Of a stretch of 41,506 nt of DNA, positions 27,266-36,775 are shown in pieces; position 1 is the stretch's first letter; the number at the start of each line of letters is the position of its first letter. The translations under genes were made by a program, and so were the position numbers. The notes under the pieces were generated by a model. The model ran no database searches, was not told where the DNA came from, and saw only the letters and a program-made list of their open reading frames with translations. The stretch comes from Candidatus Kaiserbacteria bacterium. GTDB taxonomy: Bacteria > Patescibacteriota > Minisyncoccia > Phycocordibacterales > Phycocordibacteraceae. The stretch lies in NCBI GenBank assembly GCA_027451665.1, contig DAIDIW010000009.1, forward strand, positions 1 to 41,506, written 5' to 3'.

Positions 27266-28351
27266 ATGTTCCGCAAGCTCTTTGCGCTTATCCAGAAATA
27301 TGAACGACACATCGCGGTGGCGTCCATGCTCGGGGGCTTCGCAATCGATCAGATTTTTTTCGAACGCGTCGACCTCTGGCAGACGCAGGCGCTTTTCGCC
27401 GCCTACGCTTCCGTCTGTTTCCTCTCGATCCTTCTCCTCCACTGGATCGAAGAGCGCGCTGCGCGTGGGATTGCGCGTCCGCGATGGCGGGGCGTCGTCC
27501 CGATTTTCACCCAGTTTTCTCTGGGCGGTTTCTGGAGCGCTTTTTTCTATTTTTATGGCCACAGTGCTTCGATCGCGGCCTCCTGGCCGTTCTTGCTCCT
27601 CATCGTCTTCATCCTGGTCGGGAATGAGTACTTCGCGAAGTATCATGAACGCCTCGTCTTCACGAGCATACTATTCTTCTTTGCGCTTTACTCCTATGCG
27701 ATCTTCGAGGTGCCGATCATCCTCGGCCGGATAAGCAGCGGCGTATTCCTTCTGTCAGGTCTCGTCGCCGTTGCGCTGTTCGCGCTCTTTCTTCTCCTGC
27801 TGAGGCTCACCGGGCGCTCTCGTTTCCGCCGGGATGCCTGGCGCATACGCGCCGGCGCAATCATCGTGCTCGTGGTCATCAATCTCTTCTACTTCACAAA
27901 CGTTTTACCACCCCTACCGCTCTCGGCGAAAGCAGCAGGCATCTATCACGCGGTGTGGCGCGTTCCGGGCGATTACCTTGCGATCACGGAGCAGGAACCT
28001 TGGATGGTACGGTATCTCGGCTTTACGCCCACCTATCACGTGGTCGCAGGCGAATCGCTCTATGCGTATAGTGCGGTATTCGCACCAACCGCGCTTGCGA
28101 CGACCATCATCCATAGGTGGCAGTGGTACGACCCCGCAGCGAACGCTTGGGAAACCCGCGCTTCGATCAAGTATCCGATCGTGGGCGGGAGAGACGGAGG
28201 GTACCGCGGCTACTCGGCGGTCCTTATGAACAAAACAGGGAAGTGGCGCGTCGACATCATGACAACGGACGGACTGATCATCGCCCGCTTACGATTCAAC
28301 GTCGCGCGCGTGCAGCTTCCGCCCGTCGAGTCGACGATACCGCTGCGTTGA
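27266..28351 (+). CDS. DUF2914-domain membrane protein
   Basis: Multi-TM N-terminus; VFAPT, HRWQW, GGRDGGYRGYS, GKWRVD. Confidence 0.8.
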   Translation: MFRKLFALIQKYERHIAVASMLGGFAIDQIFFERVDLWQTQALFAAYASVCFLSILLLHWIEERAARGIARPRWRGVVPIFTQFSLGGFWSAFFYFYGHSASIAASWPFLLLIVFILVGNEYFAKYHERLVFTSILFFFALYSYAIFEVPIILGRISSGVFLLSGLVAVALFALFLLLLRLTGRSRFRRDAWRIRAGAIIVLVVINLFYFTNVLPPLPLSAKAAGIYHAVWRVPGDYLAITEQEPWMVRYLGFTPTYHVVAGESLYAYSAVFAPTALATTIIHRWQWYDPAANAWETRASIKYPIVGGRDGGYRGYSAVLMNKTGKWRVDIMTTDGLIIARLRFNVARVQLPPVESTIPLR

Positions 28352-28407
28352 ATAGTGCTGCGCCGCGCGTGCCGCGCCCTGTCTTTAGCGAAGTATAAAA
28401 CCAGACG

Positions 28408-28908
28408 CTATCCGGCTTTCACCTTAAGCTTCGTCTGCCTCGCTTTATCGAGCTTCGGAAGTATGAGCGTGAGAAGCCCGTCCTTCGCGTTCGCGGACGC
28501 GCTTTCGACATCCACCTCCTGCGGCAGCAGGATGCTGCGCGAGAAGGAGCCCCAGAAAAGTTCACGGGTGAAATAATCCGGTCCGGCGACCTGCTCCCGC
28601 TCCATGCGAGAACCTTCAATCTCCACCATGTCGCGTCCGATTGAGATACTGATCTCATCGGGGCGCACGCCGGCGACAAAGGCGCGAATGACGATGTCGC
28701 TACCGGTCTGGTAGACGTCGACCGGCAGCTGTCCTTCATTTGCAGAAGGGAGGTCATCCTCGCGCACGGTGCGGCGCACGGGCTCGGGGCGGACGGGCGA
28801 TGGCGAGCGTTCCGGGATCGTGACCTCCTGGATCTCGTCGTCGAACGAATCGAGATGCTCTCCAGTCGAGACGGAGCCGGAAAGTCGATCGAAGAATGAG
28901 CGCTTCAT
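28408..28908 (-). CDS. Hsp20/alpha-crystallin small heat-shock protein
   Basis: VDVYQT, ELFWGSFSRSILLP, DGLLTLILPK. Confidence 0.92.
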   Translation of the reverse strand: MKRSFFDRLSGSVSTGEHLDSFDDEIQEVTIPERSPSPVRPEPVRRTVREDDLPSANEGQLPVDVYQTGSDIVIRAFVAGVRPDEISISIGRDMVEIEGSRMEREQVAGPDYFTRELFWGSFSRSILLPQEVDVESASANAKDGLLTLILPKLDKARQTKLKVKAG

Positions 28909-28960
28909 GGGTATCGGAAAATCGGATAATGCGGATAAGGGGTGATGACAGGCATACGGA

Positions 28961-29671
28961 TCAGCACGTGTTCGGAGGAAGATTCCGATAGCGGAAATAT
29001 TTCAGCACTTCGAACGCGGCAAAGAAGATGACGGCGACGGACCAGACGAGGAAAAATGCAGAAAGCGCCGTCGTGCTGCCTTTCTGCATGATAAGGGCGT
29101 TAAAGGCGGTGTGCAATGACACGGCGAGGATAAGTCCGAGTGCCGCGAACAGAGTACGAGCCGCCGGCCTGAAGGATACGGAAAAGGCGAGCGTGAAGCC
29201 AATTGCTGAAGATGCGACGACATGGAGGAGCGTAGAACCGAGGAACCGCAGATCGCCGGTGAAGAGCCCAAGTGCGAGACGTCCGCTCTCGAAAGGAACG
29301 AGCAGGAACAGCATGTTTTCGGCAGCCGCGAAGCCGAGCGCTACGGTGAGCATATAGACCACGTAATCGGGAGCTTCATCCACGGCTCCGCGCCAGAAGA
29401 TGAAGATCGCGGCCATCGCGTACTTCGTCACTTCCTCGATGAGCGCCCATGCGGTGAGCACATGGAGCTGCCCCGCGGCGCCGAGCTGCGCTGCCGCAAA
29501 TTGCTCGAGCGGCAGCACGACGGGTACGCCTGCCATTCCGGCGATGAACGCAAGCGCAATCATAGAACGCGGTTCAGGGCAGCGGGCGTCCTCCTTGAGG
29601 AGGAAATAGAGCCAGACAAAGGACGGCAATAGGCCTCCGAAGAATGCGTAGCCGAGCGAGGTAACCGTCAC
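28961..29671 (-). CDS. prsW: PrsW-family intramembrane metalloprotease
   Basis: EEVTK, LGFAAAEN, LLH, LHTAFN. Confidence 0.88.
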   Translation of the reverse strand: MTVTSLGYAFFGGLLPSFVWLYFLLKEDARCPEPRSMIALAFIAGMAGVPVVLPLEQFAAAQLGAAGQLHVLTAWALIEEVTKYAMAAIFIFWRGAVDEAPDYVVYMLTVALGFAAAENMLFLLVPFESGRLALGLFTGDLRFLGSTLLHVVASSAIGFTLAFSVSFRPAARTLFAALGLILAVSLHTAFNALIMQKGSTTALSAFFLVWSVAVIFFAAFEVLKYFRYRNLPPNTC

Positions 29672-29740
29672 GTCCCTATTCTACCGCATGGGAGAGAAGC
29701 AAATAGACATCCTCAATACCGACGGTCTGGTTCTTATGCA

Positions 29741-31894
29741 TTAACGACGAGGCCACGGGGCGATCATGAGGAATTCGGTCTCCTTTGCGGGTAACGACTG
29801 CCAGATCTCCTCCGTGAGGAACGGCATGAACGGATGGAGTGCCTTCAAGAGCTTCGTAAGAAGGTCGAGCAGGAGCGACTGGCGCGATGACTTGATTGCG
29901 ACATCCTCGCCGGAAAGGATGGGCTTGGATGCCTCGAGAATCTTATCCGCGAGCTCATGCCATGCATAGTGATAGAGCTTTTCCGCGGCCAGGTAGACGC
30001 GGTACTCGTCAATATCCTTGGTCACGTCCGCGAGCAGTACATCGAATGCCGTTGCGAGCGCTTGGTCCTCCGCAGTCTTCGCGTTTGTCGCGTGAGCATC
30101 TCCGGCATTTTCGAGAATAAAGCGCGCAATGTTCCAGAGCTTGTTCGCGAACAGCTTGTACGCCTTCACCTTGTCCTCGCTAATGCGCATGTCGGTGCCT
30201 GGGGTGTTGCCGACAACGAGCGCCATGCGCGCGGCGTCCGCACCGAATTTTGCCGCGATATCGAGCGGATCAAGGTTATTGCCGAGCGATTTGCTCATCT
30301 TGCGGCCCTGCGCGTCGCGCACGAGTCCGTGCAGATAGACGTGCGTGAACGGCACCGTATCGAGCGCGAACTCGGTCAGGAGAATCATACGTGCGACCCA
30401 GAAGAAAAGGATGTCATACCCGGTCTCGAGGAGCGCCGTCGGGTGGTAGGTCTTGAAATCAGGCGTCTCGTCAGGCCAGCCGAGCGTTGAGAAGGTCCAG
30501 ATGCCCGAAGAGAACCATGTATCGAGCGTATCTTCGTCCTGAACCCAGTCAGGTTCGTTCGGCTCGACGCCGACGATGATCTCCTCGCCCTTGTACCAGA
30601 CGGGGATGCGGTGGCCGTACCAGATCTGGCGGCTGATGCACCAATCTCGCAAGTTCTCGATCCAGTGGAAGTAGGTCTTCTCGAAATGGGTGGGCGTGAT
30701 CTTGATGCGACCGCTTTCGACCGCGTCGTGCATGAGCGCCTTGAGCGACCTGCCGCGACCAGGCACTTCCTTCGTAACGTTGATCCACCACTGAAGCTTC
30801 GGGAGCGGTTCGATAATCCCGCCAGTGCGCTCGGCCGTTGCGATGTTTTGAGAGACATCCTCTTCCTTCTCGAGAAGCCCTTCATTCTTGAGCCAGGCAA
30901 CGATGGTTTCGCGCGCGTCGGCAGTCTTGAGTCCGCTCAAGCGGCCGGGGACCGCCATCTTCGCGTATTCATTTATGACGATCACTTCGTGCGAGAGTGC
31001 GTGCCGATCGGCGATGTCCCAGTCGATCTGGCTGTGCGCCGGAGTGACGCCGAGCGCACCGGTACCGAAGGCCGGGTCGACAGACTCGTCCGCAATAATC
31101 CGCACGTGGATAGGGACGTCGAAGAACACCGCATCGTATTCCATGCCTACGTATTCCCTGTAGCGTGCATCTCCTGGGTGTACCGCGACGGCGACATCAC
31201 CCACCTTGGTCTCCGGGCGCGTGGTAGAGATGGCGATCGGGAAATCCTTCGCATACTTGAAGGTGTAGAGCTTCGCGGTCCGCTCCTCATAAACGATCTC
31301 GTCGTCGGAGATAGTCGTCTGGCCTTTCGGGTCCCAGTTCACGATCCGGTAACCGCGATAAATAAGGCCCGCGTTATACATGCGTCTGAAGATCTCCTTC
31401 ACGGCGCGCGAGCGCGCCTCATCGAGCGTGAATGCCTCGCGCGACCAATCGAGCGATGCTCCCATCGTCTTTACCTGGCTCACGATGGTGTCATGGCTGG
31501 CTTGCGCGAACGTCCCGATGCGCGCGAGCATTGCTTCGCGACCGAGGTCATGTCGGCTTTTGCCCTCCTCCTTCTTTATCTGTTTCTCGACGACCGACTG
31601 CGTCGCGATAGCGGCGTGGTCAGTACCCGGCAGCCACAGCGTCTTCTTTCCCAGCATCCGGTTGTATCGCACGAAGATGTCTTCGAGGGCGAGCATAAGC
31701 GCATGGCCCATATGGAGACGTCCCGTCACATTCGGTGGTGGCAATACGATCGAGAACGGTTCCGCGTCAGGGGCGGTCACTTCCTTCTCGACGCATACGT
31801 CCGGATTGAAATACCCGCTCTTCTCCCACGCGTCATAGATGCGCGATTCGGTCTCCGCGGGGTTATAGGGCTTCAGAAATTTCTCTGGAATCAC
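29741..31894 (-). CDS. valS: Valine--tRNA ligase (short form lacking the C-terminal coiled coil)
   Basis: PPPNVTG.LHMGH, DWCISRQ, DTWFSS, KMSKS. Confidence 0.97.
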   Translation of the reverse strand: MIPEKFLKPYNPAETESRIYDAWEKSGYFNPDVCVEKEVTAPDAEPFSIVLPPPNVTGRLHMGHALMLALEDIFVRYNRMLGKKTLWLPGTDHAAIATQSVVEKQIKKEEGKSRHDLGREAMLARIGTFAQASHDTIVSQVKTMGASLDWSREAFTLDEARSRAVKEIFRRMYNAGLIYRGYRIVNWDPKGQTTISDDEIVYEERTAKLYTFKYAKDFPIAISTTRPETKVGDVAVAVHPGDARYREYVGMEYDAVFFDVPIHVRIIADESVDPAFGTGALGVTPAHSQIDWDIADRHALSHEVIVINEYAKMAVPGRLSGLKTADARETIVAWLKNEGLLEKEEDVSQNIATAERTGGIIEPLPKLQWWINVTKEVPGRGRSLKALMHDAVESGRIKITPTHFEKTYFHWIENLRDWCISRQIWYGHRIPVWYKGEEIIVGVEPNEPDWVQDEDTLDTWFSSGIWTFSTLGWPDETPDFKTYHPTALLETGYDILFFWVARMILLTEFALDTVPFTHVYLHGLVRDAQGRKMSKSLGNNLDPLDIAAKFGADAARMALVVGNTPGTDMRISEDKVKAYKLFANKLWNIARFILENAGDAHATNAKTAEDQALATAFDVLLADVTKDIDEYRVYLAAEKLYHYAWHELADKILEASKPILSGEDVAIKSSRQSLLLDLLTKLLKALHPFMPFLTEEIWQSLPAKETEFLMIAPWPRR

Positions 31895-31920
31895 CTCAAA
31901 AATATAGCAAAAATATGGTC

Positions 31921-33117
31921 TTATGCGAGGCTTTGGGTGCCGTGTGCGATAAGCGCATCCGGGTCTGCAAAATCGCTCATGCGTGCGCGATAGAAGCCCG
32001 CAAGCGCGATCATAATGGCATTGTCGGTCGTAAGACGTGCCGGCGGTATGCGAAGTGCGACGCCGGGGTGTGCCTTCGCGATCTTGTCCTTGAAGACGCG
32101 GCGTATGTGAGTGTTTGCGGAGACGCCGCCGCCGATGACGAGCGTCTTCGCACCGGTTTCCTCAAGCGCTCGCGCGGTCTTCTTCCAGAGCACTTCGGCT
32201 ACCGCGTTTTCGAACTCGTAGGCCATCTGTACGCGCTCGTCCGGCGAGAGGCCGGTGCGTTTCTTAAGCGCATAGAGCACGGCAGTCTTCAAACCCGAGA
32301 AAGAGAAGTCGCAGGTGTTGTCATGGAGAAGGGGGCGGGGGAGCGAGAACGGCGTTTCCAGATTTCCGCCTGTGGGGTCCGGATCCGTCTTTCGCAGGAA
32401 TTCCGAAAGCTTCGAGATCTCCGGACCACCCGGATACGGAAGGTCGAGCATGCGCGCAACCTTGTCGTACGCCTCACCAACCGCATCATCCTTCGTCTGT
32501 CCGATAAGCGTATACGAACGCCATTCGCTCATCGCGACGAGTTCCGTATGCCCGCCCGAGATGAGGAGGGCGAGCAAGGGGAACGCCACGTGCTCGATGG
32601 ACAAGCCTTCGACGTCCTCCTCGGCAAGCGCCGCGAGGATGTGGCCTTCCATATGATTGACGGCGATGACGGGCTTCTTCCACACGAGCGCGAGTGCCTT
32701 CGCGAAATTGATGCCCACCCAGAGCGCCGGCTCGAGCCCGGGCCCGGCGGTCACCGCAATCGCGTCTATTTCCGGCGTCTCAGTCTCCCCTATGAACTCG
32801 AGAAATGCTTCGTCGAGGCCCGGTTCGCGCTCAAGGAGCTTCGCGACCGCGTCATACATTTGCTCGGGAAGCGCCTGCGTATCCTCCGTCAGGAGTTCAG
32901 CTTCCTCGAGTGCCGCAGAAAGAAGCGGCACGAGATTCTTCGCGTGTTCGCGCTTTGCGAGCATGGGGAAGACGCCGCCATATTCCTTATGGATCTCAAT
33001 CTGCGAGAGGAGCGCGTTGCCGAGCACGGTGAAGCGCGCCGAGAGCTCATCGCCCTCGGCGTTTATGATCGCGACCGCCGTCTCATCGCAGGAAGTCTCG
33101 ATGGCGAGTATTCGCAT
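31921..33117 (-). CDS. tsaD: tRNA threonylcarbamoyltransferase TsaD
   Basis: IETSCDET, GPGL, NHMEGH, SGGHT, DDAVGEAYDK, FSFSGLKT, DNAIMIA. Confidence 0.96.
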   Translation of the reverse strand: MRILAIETSCDETAVAIINAEGDELSARFTVLGNALLSQIEIHKEYGGVFPMLAKREHAKNLVPLLSAALEEAELLTEDTQALPEQMYDAVAKLLEREPGLDEAFLEFIGETETPEIDAIAVTAGPGLEPALWVGINFAKALALVWKKPVIAVNHMEGHILAALAEEDVEGLSIEHVAFPLLALLISGGHTELVAMSEWRSYTLIGQTKDDAVGEAYDKVARMLDLPYPGGPEISKLSEFLRKTDPDPTGGNLETPFSLPRPLLHDNTCDFSFSGLKTAVLYALKKRTGLSPDERVQMAYEFENAVAEVLWKKTARALEETGAKTLVIGGGVSANTHIRRVFKDKIAKAHPGVALRIPPARLTTDNAIMIALAGFYRARMSDFADPDALIAHGTQSLA

Positions 33118-33137
33118 ATGCGGGGTATTATACCTGT
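33118..33137. promoter_or_regulatory. Overlapping divergent -10 elements for tsaD and orn
   Basis: + strand TATTAT 33126-33131 is 6 nt before the orn ATG; - strand TATAAT 33132-33127 is 9 nt before the tsaD ATG. Confidence 0.65.
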
Positions 33138-33698
33138 ATGCGCCGAAATGACCTCCTTTGCTGGATGGACCTCGAAATGACCTCGCTGCAGGACGCTACG
33201 AAGGACCGAATCATCGAGATTGCAGTCCTCTTGACCGACAAGAATCTGCGCGTGGTTGCAGAAGGGCCGAATCTCGTCATCCACGCCGACCAAAGTCTCT
33301 TCGAGGACATACCAGAGTCGGCGCGAGCGCTGCATAAGAGGAGCGGCCTCATGGAGGAAGCCGAGCGGAGCACGCTTTCCATGCGTGACGCCGAGGCACA
33401 GGTACTCGCCTTCTTGCAGGAGCATGTCCAACCGCAGACCGCGCCTTTGTGCGGTAATTCGATACACATGGACCGCCACTTCCTGCGTCTTCAGATGCGC
33501 GAACTCGACGAGTATTTTTTCTATAGGTGCATTGATGTTTCCACGATTAAAGAGCTCTCGCGCCGTTGGGCGCCTAAGATTTATGAGGAAGCACGCGCTC
33601 GCAAAGGTGAGAGCGCACATCGGGCGATGGACGATATTAAAGCTTCACTCAGCGAGCTCGCATTTTATCAAGGCGCATTCTTCTCGCACCCGACCTAG
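33138..33698 (+). CDS. orn: Oligoribonuclease (DEDDh)
   Basis: WMDLEMT, IIEIA, PLCGNSI..DR.FL, IDVSTIKEL..RW, HRAMDDI. Confidence 0.93.
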   Translation: MRRNDLLCWMDLEMTSLQDATKDRIIEIAVLLTDKNLRVVAEGPNLVIHADQSLFEDIPESARALHKRSGLMEEAERSTLSMRDAEAQVLAFLQEHVQPQTAPLCGNSIHMDRHFLRLQMRELDEYFFYRCIDVSTIKELSRRWAPKIYEEARARKGESAHRAMDDIKASLSELAFYQGAFFSHPT

Positions 33699-34546
33699 TC
33701 CTGCTCGAGCTCTTCCCACGGCAGCTTGTGGTCGTTCGGAATGAAGAATCCAGCGCTTCCCGCATGGCCGCCGCCGCCATACTTCGCGGCAAGCGCCGAG
33801 ACATCTACCGAGCCATCGCTCCGTATCGATACGCCGAAGCCGTCGGGGTGCGCGGAGACGACGAGCGCGATCGGCGGCAGCTTTGCGTAGAGCAAATTGC
33901 CGATGCGCGAGCGCATCGTGATCGAGGGGAGGGAATTGGCGAAATAACACTCATGCCCCTCAAAGCGCACTTTCTTTGCTGCCTCGACCGCAATTGCACA
34001 AAGCTTCTCATAGAACTCATCATACGTGCGCGCTTTAGCAAGGAAAGCGGCTCGCGATTCGGTAGCATCAAACGCGTGCACCATCCCGTCCCAGACGTCG
34101 AAATCGTACGGCTGCACGATGAGATAGGTCGCGATATAGCGCGTCTCCGGAAGCGCCATGCGAAAAATGTCGAAGTCCTCGATGTACGACAAGAGTTTCG
34201 GAACCGGTTCATCAGGATGGAAATACGTCCACGCGAGCGTGGCGCCGGAGCGCTCGGTGTCGAAGACATGCTCGGGCGCGGATTCGGTGATGGCGCGCGC
34301 GCTCAGGTGATGGTCGATCGCGACCACACGTTTCGCGCGCGCGATAAGCTCCCGCATGGCTTCGGGAGTCTCGTCGTATGAGAAGTCGAGGATGTATACC
34401 TCTTTTCCATCGATACTCTCCGGCAGCGGGTCGCCGTACCCGGCTTCGACATAGTCCGCGGTATCGCCGAACTTCTTCCAGGCGGCATATGCGGCACCGA
34501 ACCCGTCGGGGCAGCGCTTGTGATAGATGACGACGATACCCTTCAT
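33695..34546 (-). CDS. DHH/DHHA1 phosphoesterase (nanoRNase-like)
   Basis: YH..CPDG, ILDF, IDHH, SIRS, YGGGGH..SAGF. Confidence 0.88.
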   Translation of the reverse strand: MKGIVVIYHKRCPDGFGAAYAAWKKFGDTADYVEAGYGDPLPESIDGKEVYILDFSYDETPEAMRELIARAKRVVAIDHHLSARAITESAPEHVFDTERSGATLAWTYFHPDEPVPKLLSYIEDFDIFRMALPETRYIATYLIVQPYDFDVWDGMVHAFDATESRAAFLAKARTYDEFYEKLCAIAVEAAKKVRFEGHECYFANSLPSITMRSRIGNLLYAKLPPIALVVSAHPDGFGVSIRSDGSVDVSALAAKYGGGGHAGSAGFFIPNDHKLPWEELEQD

Positions 34547-34555
34547 ATGCTGATA

Positions 34556-35452
34556 CTAATGCACGAAGCGGACGTAGATACCGGCGGGGATGACGCGTAC
34601 GCTGCGTTCCTCTGACGCAGTCGCGCGGAGGCCGCCGGACTCTTCTATGTGAAGCTCGCCGCATTCGCCGGCAACGTCGCCAAACGCGCTCTCGACGGCT
34701 TGCGCGAGAGAACACGGCGCATAGCCGGCCGCATAGCCACTCACGAGGAAGAAAGAACCCGGGACGTCAGAGAGCAGGTCCCTCAGCGCGGAAAGCAAAG
34801 CGGGGAGGTCTTCCTCGATCTTCCAGACTTCGCCCTTCGCCCCGCGCCCGAACGCGGGCGGATCGAGGATGATGCCTTCATACCGATTGCCGCGACGCAT
34901 CTCCCGCTTCGCGAATGTGAGCACGTCGTCAAGCAGCCAGCGGATGGCGTCATGCGGAAGTCCTGAACGCTGTGCATTTTCGTTCGCCCAGTCGAGCGCT
35001 TGCTTAGAGGCATCGACGTGCGTCACCTTCGCGCCCGCTAGGGCCGCGACGATCGAAGCGGCACCGGTATAGCCGAAGAGATTCAGCACTTTCGGCGCGT
35101 CAAGCTGCCTGATACGTTCACGCGACCAGTCCCAGTTCGGCGCTTGCTCGGGAAAGATTCCGGTGTGTTTGAAATTTGTAAGCCGCGCGCCAAGCCGGAG
35201 GTCTTCCCATGGGACCTCCCAGTCTTCCGGCAACGCCCGGCGCACGTCCCATGAGCCCTTCGTCTCGCCGCCGAACGCGAATCGCGCGTGTGCCTCCTCC
35301 CAACGTTCAGGAGCGCGCTTCGCCCACAGGGCTTGCGTCTCGGGACGGGCCGTCACGATGGCCCCAAAGCGTTCGAGCTTCATATTCTCGCCCGAGTCGA
35401 TGAGTTCGTAGCCTTCCCAGGGCTTGGTCAGGAGGTGATGGTCGTATCTCAT
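34556..35452 (-). CDS. Class I SAM-dependent methyltransferase (RlmI-like)
   Basis: HTGIFPEQ, VLNLFGYTG, HVDAS, IILDPPAFG. Confidence 0.88.
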   Translation of the reverse strand: MRYDHHLLTKPWEGYELIDSGENMKLERFGAIVTARPETQALWAKRAPERWEEAHARFAFGGETKGSWDVRRALPEDWEVPWEDLRLGARLTNFKHTGIFPEQAPNWDWSRERIRQLDAPKVLNLFGYTGAASIVAALAGAKVTHVDASKQALDWANENAQRSGLPHDAIRWLLDDVLTFAKREMRRGNRYEGIILDPPAFGRGAKGEVWKIEEDLPALLSALRDLLSDVPGSFFLVSGYAAGYAPCSLAQAVESAFGDVAGECGELHIEESGGLRATASEERSVRVIPAGIYVRFVH

Positions 35453-36228
35453 ACGAGAAATTCGGGATGCTTGCGAGACCAATCGTAGAAGACGACTGCG
35501 GCCGATACGGCAGCGTTCAGCGATTCAGTACGCGAATGCATCGGTATCGCGAGCTTGACGTCGCAGTGTTCGAGCGTCTTCTCCCTGATGCCGGCCCCCT
35601 CGTTCCCGACTATGAACGCCGCTGGCGCGTCATACGTATCGACGCCGAGCGTGGTGGAGCCGTCCATCGAAAGTCCGTAGGTCCAGAAACCGTGCTTTTT
35701 CAGCACTTCGAGCGCTTGATTCACATTGCCGATCGCGACGAGCGGGATGCAAAATGCCATCCCGGCAGACGTCTTTACGACCGTACCCGTGACAGGCGCT
35801 TGATTGTGCTCGGGTATGAGCACGCCCGAGAGGCCGAAGGCTGCCGCGCTGCGTATGATCGCGCCCACATTATGCGGATCCTGAACTTCTCCAAGAATCG
35901 CGACGGCGGGATTCGTCGTGAGGTCGATGCGTGCGAGGAAATCGTCGAGCGAGATAAGGAGTTTCTCGGGCGCCATGATGGCGATGACACCCTGATGGAT
36001 CGCATCTCGACCGACGAGCTCCTTGCCCTCATCGCCTTTCAGCTCCTGGACAGGGATGCGATAGTCCTCGAGCTTGGCGCGCAGCTTCTCGTTCTGCAGG
36101 CCTTTCGCGAGGAACACCTTGCGTATCGTCTGCGGTGCGCCCTCAAGCGCCTCCATAAGCGCATGGAGTCCGTAGATATAGATTTTCTCACGTTTCGGCG
36201 ACCGCCTTTTCTGGTTCCGGTCTTTCAT
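35449..36228 (-). CDS. rlmB: 23S rRNA 2'-O-methyltransferase RlmB (SPOUT/TrmH family)
   Basis: IYGLH, HQGV, QDPHNVGAIIRSA, GNEGAG, IPM...ESLNAAVS; start set at ATG 36228, just outside the element end. Confidence 0.9.
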   Translation of the reverse strand: MKDRNQKRRSPKREKIYIYGLHALMEALEGAPQTIRKVFLAKGLQNEKLRAKLEDYRIPVQELKGDEGKELVGRDAIHQGVIAIMAPEKLLISLDDFLARIDLTTNPAVAILGEVQDPHNVGAIIRSAAAFGLSGVLIPEHNQAPVTGTVVKTSAGMAFCIPLVAIGNVNQALEVLKKHGFWTYGLSMDGSTTLGVDTYDAPAAFIVGNEGAGIREKTLEHCDVKLAIPMHSRTESLNAAVSAAVVFYDWSRKHPEFLV

Positions 36229-36229
36229 C

Positions 36230-36350
36230 TGGTGGCTTTGTATCAGTCTGCTCGAACGCATTTTAGCAGAAACGGGGCGCTCTAGGGTAGTCATGCAGGT
36301 AGTCATTCGGGGTATGGTGGAATGACTACCCCCCCTCGCGCCTCTCTCGC
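36230..36350. repeat. Inverted repeat A (element arm at the rlmB junction, attR)
   Basis: 121 bp; reverse complement of 36776-36898 except for homopolymer length (C7 vs G9). Confidence 0.95.
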
Positions 36351-36775
36351 GGGATAGACATGTTATTTAGGCCTATGGCCAATGACTTTAGTTTATCCCA
36401 ACAAACCCCAACTTGAAACTTGCGGTTTTTGTCGCGGGGGCGTTAGTCGTAGGGGGTCGGCGGCCTCACTTCTTGCGAACTTTTTGAGATAGGTTCTCGC
36501 CATACAAGGTACTCCAATTGTACCAATTCCCGACCCCCGGAAACGAGGCCTTCCTCCTTCCCGTCCTATCCTTTTTCGCAGTTCTACCCCCCACCGACGA
36601 GCAAAAGAAACAGAAGGACGGAAGGAGAAGGCCGAGGCACGAACTCGGCCTTGGGGCGGGCGGACGTGGTACTCCACGGCCGCCATTCACGGAGGAACGC
36701 CACGGGGGCGTTCCGGAGGGAAGTCGGGGTTGCGTTTTGAGAGGAGGCGGCGCTGAAAACGCGAGCGTTGGTGCG

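Noticed and set aside
30611-33180. Long + strand ORFs (460 aa, 421 aa) and similar antisense ORFs over IS256, terL and rlmB
   Set aside because: Shadow frames opposite well-supported genes, expected from GC-rich codon usage; no motifs.
34590-34630. Short palindromic in-frame segment in the SAM methyltransferase (and an insert in tsaD)
   Set aside because: Short stems in GC-rich DNA, no second copy seen, and cannot be shown to be insertions without an alignment.
36229-36306. N-terminal extension of RlmB (MTTCMTTLERP...) in the ORF track
   Set aside because: It is translated element arm A; the same peptide appears at the other repeat copy.
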